NCBI GenBank assembly: GCA_965248355.1
Contig: OZ252098.1
Location: forward strand, 5,280,001 to 5,344,000
From: Candidatus Latescibacterota bacterium
GTDB taxonomy: Bacteria > Latescibacterota > UBA2968 > UBA8231
Length of the DNA stretch: 64,000 nt
Direction: 5' to 3'
In this document: positions 9,847 through 18,807 of the stretch, one piece after another
How the letters are laid out: each line of letters begins with the position of its first letter
How positions within the stretch are numbered: the stretch's first letter is position 1
Notes under the pieces: generated by a model
The model's input: the letters and a program-made list of their open reading frames with translations, nothing else
Databases searched by the model: none
Told to the model about the DNA's origin: nothing
Position numbers and translations under genes: made by a program

Positions 9847-12622
9847 GGACTCTGGGGCTTCTTCCTGGAATTCACGGTTCGGGGGTGGGGCCGCCTGCCC
9901 ACGTCGTACTTCCTCCAACCGGGCACGTGGAGGGTCATCAGCGTTTTGAACAGCTTTCCGTGGTTGGGCACGCGCAGGTGCAGCAGTTCGTGGGCGATGA
10001 CGAAGTCCCGGAACGCCGGCTCCTGGTCGGCCAGGTCGATGGCGAGAGTGACGATGCCGGCCGTGGAGCAGGAACCCCACTTTCGGATGATGGCATCCAC
10101 GACCCGCCCCCGTTCATCCCGCTCGACACCGAGTAGAGGTCGGTAGAGAGAGGCCCGCAACCGCCGCTGCTCGTCGGGGTTCAGAGCCGCATTCGGGAAC
10201 CGGGCGAGCAGCGTTTCCGCCTCCTGCGCCAGCTCGGAGGCGGAGATACCCGCGGCCTTGAGCGCCCTATCGTCCTTGAGAGTCCAGTAGACGCCGAAGG
10301 CTCGGGGAGCCAGGCCGCTCTCCCTCGCCGCCCTGGCCGCCTCTTCTTTCTCCTCCGCCAACGTCGACAACTGGTCCAGGGCCACGAGGCTGGTACTGTT
10401 GCGGTTCTCGAGATCCTCGAGGATATGCTCGGCGCGCTCCCTCAGGGGTCGAAGCAAAGCTGCCGAGTCCGGGTCGCTGTCGATCTCGGCCCGCAGGCCC
10501 CGCACGAGGTTGAAGATCTTGGCCTCGTCGGAGCCCGGATCGCCTCGCAGGACTTCGATGGTGTCCACGTCGAAGGTCACCGTCCTCACCAAATCGCCAA
10601 GGCTGCCCTGGATGACTCTGTCCTGCACCAGGTCGTGCGTCTTGCGGCCGAGGGCGGCCTCGTAACGGACCGGCCCTTCGTAGGCGTTGCGGAGGACGGT
10701 GTACAGCTCGGCCAGCCGCTTGAAGATGTCCACGTGGCCGCGCAGCTCCGGCGAGGGGGACAGGATCTCCCAAAGCGCCTCGATCTCCTTGTAGGCTTCG
10801 AAGAAATCCTTGCGCGACTCCGGCGTGAGGAAGCGGCCGTAGACAAGCCTCTCCAGGCGCTCGTCCTCGCCGCCGCGCCCCTCGTCGTCAAGAAACTCCG
10901 ACCTCGCCCGCTCGATCTTGTCCAGGTACATGCAGTAAAGCAGCGGCGCGTCGTAGCCGGTCAGGAGCTTATCCGTGACGATCAGGATCTTCGGCTCCTC
11001 CCCGGTCTTCTTGAAGGTGAGGCGCACGTCCGCCTCGCGTTCCGGCGAGAGCTGCAACTCGGCGACGAGGGGCCGGTCCACGACATCGGCGGCGTTCTCG
11101 GTGTACACGGCTTCCGACCACTCGGCCGGCAGCAACCTGTCCAGGGCGCGCTTGTACTTGGCGCAAGCCTCGCGGTTCACCCCCACGAGGAAGGCCTTGT
11201 ACCCCAGGGGCAGCACGTTTTCCCGGAAGTGTTGCGCCACGTAGCTCGCCACTTTCTCGATGCGTTCATCGGCCGTAAGGAAGGTGCGCAGGCCCACGGC
11301 CCGGTCGAGGACTCTGTTCAATTGGTCAACATCGGTCACGTCTTCGGCCTCTGCCAGCTCGAAGAACTCCCTGTCGAGCCGCTCGACCGGCACCGTCATC
11401 TCGCTCGGCGCCATGGTATGGCGGAGAGGCAGGGTGGTCTCGTCCTCGATCGATTCCCGAATCGAGTACTTGTCGAGATAGCCCCGCTCGTCGTCGACGC
11501 CGAAGATCTTGAAGGTCCCTTCGCCCTGGGCGGTTCGGGCCACCGGGGTGCCGGTGAAGCCGATGATGGTCGCATTTGGCACGGCCGCCATCATGTATGT
11601 GCCAAGATCCCTGGCCACCGAGCGGTGCGCTTCGTCGATGAAGAGGTAGATGTTGCCGCGGGTGTTCGCATCGCGGTCGATCCCCTCGAACTTGTGGATC
11701 ATGGAGAGGATCAGACCGCGCTTGTCGGTCCGGAGCAGCTCCTGCACCTCGTCCCTGGACCGAGCCCGCCAGACCGGGATCTCCTGTTGCTGCATCTCGC
11801 CCAAGAGCCTCTCCACCCAGCCCTTGAGCTGACCCTCCAGCTCGATCCGGTCGACAACGAGGAGGACGGTGGCGTTCTCGAAGCGCTGCTTGTCTTCCAG
11901 GATCAGGCGCGCGGCGGTCAGCAGGGTGAAGGTCTTGCCCGACCCCTGGGTGTGCCAGATCAACCCGCGTGTCTTCGCCCGGTCCTGGCAGCGCTCGACG
12001 ACCTTGCCGATGGCGATGCGCTGGTGCTGGCGCAACACGGACTTCCGGGTCTCGCCGTCCTCGACGTAGAAGAGGATCCAGCGCTCGAGGGTGCGCAGGA
12101 AGTCCGTTGGCTCGAAGAAGGTCTGAACGGCGAACCTGTAGCTCTCCTCGGGCTCCTCCTTCCACCGTGCCATGAAGCGCCGGGTAGCGTTCCAGGTCAC
12201 GCCGTACCAGTACTCCAGCAGATGGGTCACGTTGAAGAGCTGAGGCGCGGCGATCAGCTCGACGTGCAGGCTGTTGGCGGCGGGGCGCTCGAAGTCCACA
12301 AGCCGGACGCGCCGGTTGCGCTCCTCGGCCTCGTCGTACACCTGCCGCTCGCCGCGCAGCCAGGCGAGCACCTCGCGGTTGCCTTCGATGGAGGGAGGGA
12401 TCGCCTCGAGCCGCTCGATGACCTGGCGTACGGCAATCTCGCTCATCCAGGGGTTTAGCTGGGCCAGCTCGCTCCGAGGTCGTCGCGGAACAGCATCCCG
12501 GCGGCGCTGCCCCGCTTGCGCATCGCCTGCTGCGGGGAGATGGCAGTCCAACCGATCTCGGCCGCGTGCTGAACCATGGGGAATTGGATCGACCCTGCTT
12601 CGGTGATCTGCAGATCGGTCAT
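9843..12622 (-). pseudogene. hsdR: Type I restriction enzyme R subunit, frameshifted and internally deleted, fused to the C-terminus of a YgjP/M48 metallopeptidase
   Basis: HsdR-like N-terminus ([17 protein letters not shown]) lies in another frame, shift ~12470. [12 protein letters not shown] and GFTGTP present; nuclease motif and helicase motif VI absent. Ends in KWGSCS...[11 protein letters not shown]. Confidence 0.88.
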
Positions 12623-12632
12623 GGAGGTCGGG

Positions 12633-12980
12633 CTACTGACCTGATTCAAACGGGACGACCCGCTCGAGATCAGCGATCAGTGACGGCAGGTCTTCCTGCA
12701 GGGTCTGCCAGAGGATGTCGAGGTTGATGCTGAAGTAGGCATGGACCAGACGATTGCGCATCCCGACAATGACCGCCCAAGGGATGTCTTTCAGTTCACC
12801 GCGGGTCGACTCCATCACCTGGGAGGCGGCTTCCCCGACAATCTCGATGTCCTTGACCAGCGACAAGACCAACTGGCGGTCTGTATCCAGATCCTTGCGG
12901 GACCGACCACAGGCAAACGATAGGGCTTCCCGCGCGGCCTCAAGCATGTGCCGCAAGCGGAATTGGTCATCCCTGATCAT
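12633..12980 (-). CDS. HepT/DUF86 HEPN ribonuclease toxin
   Basis: [18 protein letters not shown] contains the RX4HXY HEPN motif; 115 aa; overlaps the MNT gene. Confidence 0.93.
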   Translation of the reverse strand: MIRDDQFRLRHMLEAAREALSFACGRSRKDLDTDRQLVLSLVKDIEIVGEAASQVMESTRGELKDIPWAVIVGMRNRLVHAYFSINLDILWQTLQEDLPSLIADLERVVPFESGQ

Positions 12981-13266
12981 ATTGGATTTCCGCTGTGGCC
13001 AGAACGTCCTGTCGGAAGTACGGACTCAGATCCTCGGGGGTTCTGAGATCAACCTTGCGGCCCCCGAACAGCTCGGATAGCGCCAGCTCCATGCCCGCAA
13101 TTCCCAGCAGTCCGGGAATGCGGCCCGGCTGGAACTCGACGAGCACATCTATGTCGCTCTCGGGGCCGAAGTCATCTCGTAGCGCCGAGCCAAAGATGGA
13201 GAGCCGACTAATGCCGCTCGTTTTGCAGAACGAGGTGAGCGCGGTTTTCGATAGCGAGAGGCTCAT
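12967..13266 (-). CDS. MntA-type minimal nucleotidyltransferase antitoxin
   Basis: FGSALRDDFGPESDIDVLV (GSX10DXD), RKVDL; 99 aa; directly upstream of HEPN. Confidence 0.93.
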   Translation of the reverse strand: MSLSLSKTALTSFCKTSGISRLSIFGSALRDDFGPESDIDVLVEFQPGRIPGLLGIAGMELALSELFGGRKVDLRTPEDLSPYFRQDVLATAEIQYDQG

Positions 13267-13282
13267 GTGCTTCTGCTCCAAT

Positions 13283-13540
13283 CTAGAACAGTGCCCAATG
13301 TGGATAGACCATCCTAAGGCTGGGATGGGCTCTGATTGCTTCACGGGCGGCCTTCTGCGGCCGGGTCCCGCCCCCTTCCCAGCGATTGACCGTGGTGAAG
13401 GAAACCCCAAGCCGCTCGGCGAGTTGCTCCTGGGTGAGGTTGAGATTGGCGCGGATCACCCGCAGGACAGCGGAGAAGCCCTGATTGTCTGCTATATTCG
13501 CCATATTGGAGAAGCCCTGATTGTCTGCTATATTCGCCAT
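13283..13540 (-). CDS. XRE-family HTH protein, possibly the stump of an HTH-hsdM gene
   Basis: [23 protein letters not shown] is a classic XRE HTH; the similarity ends abruptly after AREAI. Confidence 0.7.
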   Translation of the reverse strand: MANIADNQGFSNMANIADNQGFSAVLRVIRANLNLTQEQLAERLGVSFTTVNRWEGGGTRPQKAAREAIRAHPSLRMVYPHWALF

Positions 13541-13543
13541 ATT
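13472..13543. repeat. Perfect 36-bp tandem duplication
   Basis: ggagaagccctgattgtctgctatattcgccatatt at 13472-13507 and 13508-13543. Confidence 0.95.
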
Positions 13544-13675
13544 TGGAATGTGGTGTACTCTTGGGCCCTGTCAACCCGGATCTTCGGGGTCTCTGACCTC
13601 GTTGGTCCGGGGCCGGCGCTGTTCCACGGGGATAGAGCATCCTAAGATTGGGCCGCTCGATCCTCCCCTCCTCCT

Positions 13676-14434
13676 ATGATGAAGACCTCGACCACCCAAT
13701 CCCCCCAGGGCCGGCTGAGCGATTACAAGGCCCACTACAAGGCCGACGCCGAGTCGATCGTCGATCCCCAGGCCCTGCCATCGGGACGCAGGGCCTCCGA
13801 GGAGCGGCGGCTGGAGACGCTGGTGCGTCTGCTCGCCCCGGCCCCCGGCGAGGGCGTCCTCGACATCGGCTGCGGATCGGGCTGGCTGGGGGCCTGCTGC
13901 CAGCCCCGGGGAGCGCGTGTCTGCGCCATGGACATCGGCCGGGTCGGAGTGTCCGGCGCCCGGGCGCGCTTCCCGGAGGCGGCCTCCTACCAGGTCGGCG
14001 ACGTCTACCACCTGCCCTTCGCGGAGGGGAGTTTCGACGCCGTGGCGCTGTCGGAGGTGGTCGAGCACCTCGAGGATGTCGACGCGGCGCTGGGAGAAGC
14101 GTGGCGGGTGCTGCGCCCCGGGGGGCGGATGGTGGTGAGCGTTCCCTACCGCGAGACCATCATCGAGCACCTGTGCATCCACTGCAACCGGCTGACGCCG
14201 GCCAACGCCCATCTTCACCGCTTTGACCGGGATACCCTGTCCACCTGCCTGCGGCGACAGGGGCTCGAGATCGCCAAGGTGCGGTTGATGTCCAACAAGC
14301 TGCTGGAGCTGGCCGGTTTCCCCCGCTTCAGCGCCGGCTGGCCCTACCGGGCCTGGCGTCTCACCGACGCGATCTTCAACAGGGTCCTGCCGAAGCCGGC
14401 CTTCCTCTGCATGTTGGGGGTCCGCCCCGAGTGA
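13676..14434 (+). CDS. Class I SAM-dependent methyltransferase
   Basis: VLDIGCGSG, LPFAEGSFDAV, EVVEHL, RVLRPGG. Confidence 0.9.
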   Translation: MMKTSTTQSPQGRLSDYKAHYKADAESIVDPQALPSGRRASEERRLETLVRLLAPAPGEGVLDIGCGSGWLGACCQPRGARVCAMDIGRVGVSGARARFPEAASYQVGDVYHLPFAEGSFDAVALSEVVEHLEDVDAALGEAWRVLRPGGRMVVSVPYRETIIEHLCIHCNRLTPANAHLHRFDRDTLSTCLRRQGLEIAKVRLMSNKLLELAGFPRFSAGWPYRAWRLTDAIFNRVLPKPAFLCMLGVRPE

Positions 14435-14529
14435 GGCGCGTCCGGGCGGCGCCGGGACCGGGACAACACGCCGGTTACCGGCTTGCGGGTGATTCGCTCA
14501 TGTCCCCCGCCCGGCTCAGGTACTCCGTG

Positions 14530-14967
14530 CTATGGCGAACCGCGAGAGACCTTTGATCGGGGGGCATGCGGATTTGAGAAAATCATCCTGTGCCACCGCC
14601 GGAGGGCCCTGCGCTGCGCGGGACCAAGGGCCTCCAGCGTCTGCAGGGGCCGCTGACCGCCCCGGGCCGGGAAGAGGCCCCGGGGCCGCTTGCCCGGGGA
14701 TTCCTGCCGGCCGCCCAGGACGACGCTACCCACGTCCACGGTGCCGCTGTCGATGGCGCCCGCCTCCACGGTGTCCGCCTCCACGCTGTCGATGGCGCCG
14801 GCTTCGGCAACCACTGGAGGCAGAGGTGGTGCGGCCGCCGGGCTCGCGGGCGCGTCGACAAGGCCGACAGGCAGCAGCAGGGCCGCGGCCAGGAAAGCGG
14901 GCCCGGCAAGACGCACGGTCCGGTGTCCACGGGGGACAGCGAGCCGGCCGTGCGTCGTCGATGTCAT
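14530..14967 (-). CDS. Hypothetical protein with N-terminal hydrophobic segment
   Basis: 145-aa ORF starting just after the tRNA 3' end; hydrophobic stretch FLAAALLLPVGLV; repeated EAGAIDS. Confidence 0.35.
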   Translation of the reverse strand: MTSTTHGRLAVPRGHRTVRLAGPAFLAAALLLPVGLVDAPASPAAAPPLPPVVAEAGAIDSVEADTVEAGAIDSGTVDVGSVVLGGRQESPGKRPRGLFPARGGQRPLQTLEALGPAQRRALRRWHRMIFSNPHAPRSKVSRGSP

Positions 14968-14977
14968 GGGGAAAGTG

Positions 14978-15053
14978 TGGTAGCCCCTACGGGATTCGAA
15001 CCCGTGTTACCGGCGTGAGAGGCCGGCGTCCTAGGCCTCTAGACGAAGGGGCC
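14978..15053 (-). tRNA. tRNA-Glu (anticodon CTC)
   Basis: Reverse complement GGCCCCT...AGGGGCTA-CCA acceptor stem; anticodon arm CCGGC-CTCTCAC-GCCGG; GGTTCGAATCC T-loop; encoded CCA. Confidence 0.97.
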
Positions 15054-15221
15054 ACAATCCTTCGGGATCGTCTGCCAAGGAGCAGAAAAAGCTAGCCACG
15101 AGGGCCGGAGATGTCAACTTTGCGGCAGGAGCGGGATCCGGGATCCGGGGCGGTCTCCGCCGGGCGCGGAGGCGGCCCATTCCTTACCCTTGATCGCGGT
15201 TCCAGCCCCGAGGAGATGAGG

Positions 15222-16049
15222 ATGACCGAGGAGGAGCGCTACGAGTTTGACCGCGACGGGTACGTCGTCGTCGAGGACATGCTCACCGCCGGCGAGGTGG
15301 CGTCGCTGAAAGCGGCCGTCGACCGCCTGGAGGAGCACGCCGCCGCCCACGTGGACCGGCCGCCGCGCAAGAAGTCGCCCTGGGGGGCGGAGTACCACGC
15401 CGACGAGGCCCTGGGCTATCACGTGCAGGGCGAGCGGGCCGAGGGGAAGACGCTGATCGTCGAGGACTTCTGGAACGCCGACGAGGCCTTCGACGTGCTC
15501 GTGGGGCACGAGCGCACCCTGGAGTACGTGGGCGCCGTGGTGGCGCCGCGGCCCACGGTGAACAACTCGGAGATCCGCATCCGCTACAAGGGCAACGCCA
15601 GCCCCCATCACGGCGGCAGCCGCGGCGAGGACCAGAAGTACCGCTACAACTTCACCTCCGGGCGCATCGACTGCATGATGGTGCGCATGATCTACTTCCT
15701 CCACGACAACGATGCCGAGGGCGGCGCCTTCACCGTGGTCCCCGGCACCCACAAGTCCAACCTGCCGCCCCCCTACGGCAACGATCCCGACAGCGAGCCG
15801 GGGACGGTGGCGCTGGAGGTGAAGGCGGGCTGGGGGATCTTCTTCACCGAGGCCCTGCGCCACGGCGGGCGCACGAACCGCTCGGACCGGGTGCGCAAGA
15901 CGATCCACGTGGGCTACGCGCCGTACTGGATGCAGTCGCAGAACATGGCCACCATGGACGAGCCCCCCTTCGTCACGAAGGCTACCCGCGCCCGGTGGTC
16001 CGATGAGCAGCGGCAGCTGTTCCGGTCGTGGCCGGAGCACTGGGGATGA
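15222..16049 (+). CDS. PhyH-family Fe(II)/2-oxoglutarate enzyme (HxG variant)
   Basis: ERYEFDRDGYVVV, VVPGTHK, distal His in ALRHGG; HHGG replaces HxD; RBS GAGGAG. Confidence 0.88.
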   Translation: MTEEERYEFDRDGYVVVEDMLTAGEVASLKAAVDRLEEHAAAHVDRPPRKKSPWGAEYHADEALGYHVQGERAEGKTLIVEDFWNADEAFDVLVGHERTLEYVGAVVAPRPTVNNSEIRIRYKGNASPHHGGSRGEDQKYRYNFTSGRIDCMMVRMIYFLHDNDAEGGAFTVVPGTHKSNLPPPYGNDPDSEPGTVALEVKAGWGIFFTEALRHGGRTNRSDRVRKTIHVGYAPYWMQSQNMATMDEPPFVTKATRARWSDEQRQLFRSWPEHWG

Positions 16050-16801
16050 AGATCGATCTCACCGGGGGACTCGGGCCGGTGGAGCAGACCGGCCTCGGCG
16101 AGCGGATGCTGGCCGTCTTCCACGCGCCGCGCCGCGCCTTCGAGGCCGTGGCCGACGGGGGGAAGTGGATCGACTGGGTGGTGCCCGTGGCCCTGGGCGC
16201 CGGGGTCTGGGCGGCGCACAACCTGGCGACCCTGTCCATGGCGGCGCCCGAGGAGCCGGCGGCCATCAGCGGCTGGGAGCGGCTCGACGAGGCCGGGAAG
16301 GAGACCGTTGCGCTGCGGAACGAGGCGTGGCGGGGCCACGGCTGGATCAGCTTTCCCCTCGTCGGCCGGTTCTCGGGTCTGGCGGCCGTGGCCCTGGTGC
16401 TGGTCGGTCTGGCGCGCTGGGTGCTGCGTTCGGAGGCCGGTCTGAGGCAGATGCTGGCCATCAAGAGCTACGCCGGTCTGGTCACCATTCCGCAGTGGAT
16501 CCTGCTGACCCTGCTGGTCCGCCTCGGCGCCTGCGAACCGGCGGCGCCCTTCTCCGGTCCGGGGGTCTTCCACGCCGGCTTCCTGCTGCCGGCCGGCGGG
16601 GAGCCGAGCTTCGCGGGCCGGTTCCTCATGGGCGTGAACTTCTTCGACCTGTGGCAGGCCGTTCTCCTCGGCATCGGCCTGGCGGTGGTCACCGGGGTCC
16701 CGCGAAGCCGGGCCCTGGTGGTGGTGCTGGTGCCCTGGCTCATCTGGACCGCCATGGGGGCCCTGGCCGCCGCCCCGGGGGACGCGCCAGCGCCGTCCTG
16801 A
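16046..16801 (+). CDS. Yip1-family membrane protein
   Basis: VFHAPRRAFEAV N-terminal motif, about 5 TM helices, NFFDLW; ATGA overlap with the upstream gene. Confidence 0.7.
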   Translation: MKIDLTGGLGPVEQTGLGERMLAVFHAPRRAFEAVADGGKWIDWVVPVALGAGVWAAHNLATLSMAAPEEPAAISGWERLDEAGKETVALRNEAWRGHGWISFPLVGRFSGLAAVALVLVGLARWVLRSEAGLRQMLAIKSYAGLVTIPQWILLTLLVRLGACEPAAPFSGPGVFHAGFLLPAGGEPSFAGRFLMGVNFFDLWQAVLLGIGLAVVTGVPRSRALVVVLVPWLIWTAMGALAAAPGDAPAPS

Positions 16802-17032
16802 TCCGCGGCTGCCCCCGGGCGCCGCGCTGGAGCCGACTGACCCACCGGGGGCCGTCCTCTTGCTGTCCCAAGGCTGCGGCCGGGAGGCCTAGGCCACGGC
16901 ATTCCGGCCGCCGGGTCCCTATCTTGATCGAGCGGCCCAGCGGCGGGTCCCCACCCTCGCCGGACCGCCAACCCTCAGCACCCCCTCTCCCCGGGTCCAT
17001 CCACAGGACGGCGCGCCCGTCCCGGAGGTGGA

Positions 17033-17728
17033 TTGCCGGCACCCCCGCACATCGGCGTCCTGCGCGAGCGTTCCCTGCACGCGGCCGTGAAGTCCTGGTA
17101 CGCGCGGCCCCAGGACCGCCTGGAGACCCGGGTCGACGGCTACGTCGTCGACATCAAGCGCGACGACGACCTGCTGGTGGAGATCCAGACGCGAGGCTTC
17201 TCGCCCCTGAAGGTCAAGCTGCGCCGGCTCACCGAGCGGCGGCGGGTGCGCCTCGTGCACCCCATCGCCGCGGAGAAGTGGATCCTGCGCGTCGACGGCT
17301 CGGGCGAGCGCCTCGGAAGGCGCAAGTCCCCGAAGCGCGGGCGCGTCGAGGACGTCTTCACCGAGCTGGTCCGCATCCCGGACCTGCCGGCGCGTCCGGG
17401 CTTCGCCCTGGAGGTGCTGCTGATCCAGGAGGAGGAGGTGCGCTGCTACGACGGCCGCGGCTCCTGGCGGCACCCGGAGTGGCGGCGCGCCGACCGCCGC
17501 CTGCTGAAGGTGGTGCGCCGCTGCGACCTGGCGACGCCGGCCCGGCTGCTGGCCCTGCTGCCTTCCGCCGGGGAGCTGCCCCGGCCCTTCACCAACCGCT
17601 CGCTGGCCGAGGCCGCGGGCCTGAGCCTGACCCTTGCCGCGCGCATGACCTACTGCCTGAGGGCGGTGGACGGGCTCGCCGTGGTCGGCCGCGGCCGGCA
17701 CGGGGCCCAGCTCCTGGCCGAAGCCTGA
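17033..17728 (+). CDS. Conserved hypothetical protein, PD-(D/E)XK nuclease-like with C-terminal HTH
   Basis: RBS GGAGG. E-x-S-LH helix followed by VVD...LVEIQT; C-terminal FTNRSLAEAAGLS...ARMTYCL. Confidence 0.65.
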   Translation: MPAPPHIGVLRERSLHAAVKSWYARPQDRLETRVDGYVVDIKRDDDLLVEIQTRGFSPLKVKLRRLTERRRVRLVHPIAAEKWILRVDGSGERLGRRKSPKRGRVEDVFTELVRIPDLPARPGFALEVLLIQEEEVRCYDGRGSWRHPEWRRADRRLLKVVRRCDLATPARLLALLPSAGELPRPFTNRSLAEAAGLSLTLAARMTYCLRAVDGLAVVGRGRHGAQLLAEA

Positions 17729-17946
17729 ACGGGGAAGTGCCTGGCGGCTGACCCGGCCGCGTCCCTCCGGTGCGTCTGCTGCGCCCCTCGTCGAGGTTCC
17801 TTCCCGCCGCCTGCTCATCCCGAGCGTGCAGGTAGCCTGGACCCACGCGGCCATGTAGCCGGCGCCCGGCGCCCCTGCTTAGATTGCCGCCCCGGCTGGA
17901 CAAAGGGCGCGGCTGGTTGAGCCGCCCAAGACGAGAGGAGAGAGCG

Positions 17947-18747
17947 ATGACCGACCTGGCGACGATGACCAGCGTCTGCCCCGACTGGAGCCTGGACGAG
18001 GTCGTGGCCGGCATGAAGCGCCACGGGTACAAGGGCCTGGAGCCGCGCGTCGAGTGGGGCCACGCCAGCGGCATCGAGGCCGGTCTGTCCAAGGCCGCCC
18101 GGGCCGAGGTGCGGCGCCGCTTCGCCGGCGAGGGGCTGGCGATCTGCTGCATCGCCACCGGGGCGCGCATGGCGGCGGAGGAACCGGAACGGGCGGCCCA
18201 CGTGGAGGACGTGCGCCGCTACATCGAGCTGGCCGCCGATCTCGGCTGCGGACTCCTGCGCACCTTCGGCGGCCGGCGCGACTCGTCGCGGGAGCTGGCC
18301 GCGGCGGTGGAGCACACGGCCGGCGGCTACCGCCAGGTGGCGGCCGAGGCCGGGGCGGCGGGGGTCACGGTGCTGATGGAGACCCACGACGACTGGTGCT
18401 GCTCGGCGCCGGTGCGGGCCGTGGTCGAGGCCGTGGACCACCCTGCGGTGCAGGTCCTGTGGGACGTGATGCACACCCAGCGCATGATGGAGACGTCCGA
18501 GGAGTCCTTCCAGGCCCTCGGCCCGCTGACGCGGCACCTCCACGCCCACGACGGCCGCTACGTGGACGGCCGCCTGCAGGTGTGCGGCCTCGGCGACGGC
18601 GTCATCGATCACGCCGGGCCGGTGCGCTTGCTGGAGGCCGCGGGGTACCAGGGCTACTTCTCGGTGGAGGTGATCCACGCGCGCGGCAGCGATCACGACG
18701 CCGACGCCGTGCTCGCCGGGTACGCCGCGGGGTTCCACGGTTTCTGA
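17947..18747 (+). CDS. Sugar-phosphate isomerase/epimerase (AP-endonuclease-2 TIM barrel)
   Basis: METHD, WDVMH, HLHAHD, FSVE metal-ligand pattern; RBS GAGGAG. Confidence 0.88.
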   Translation: MTDLATMTSVCPDWSLDEVVAGMKRHGYKGLEPRVEWGHASGIEAGLSKAARAEVRRRFAGEGLAICCIATGARMAAEEPERAAHVEDVRRYIELAADLGCGLLRTFGGRRDSSRELAAAVEHTAGGYRQVAAEAGAAGVTVLMETHDDWCCSAPVRAVVEAVDHPAVQVLWDVMHTQRMMETSEESFQALGPLTRHLHAHDGRYVDGRLQVCGLGDGVIDHAGPVRLLEAAGYQGYFSVEVIHARGSDHDADAVLAGYAAGFHGF

Positions 18748-18807
18748 GGAAGTCCTCGTCCGCCAGCGCGATCTCTCCCACGACTCCGGGCAGCGCGCCG
18801 CCACCGC

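Noticed and set aside
13472..13543. 36-bp repeat as a CRISPR array
   Set aside because: Two abutting copies, no spacer and no cas genes.
8900..15053. tRNA-Glu as the attachment site of an integrated element
   Set aside because: I found no duplicate of the tRNA 3' end and no integrase; host-like genes lie between the tRNA and the R-M remnant.
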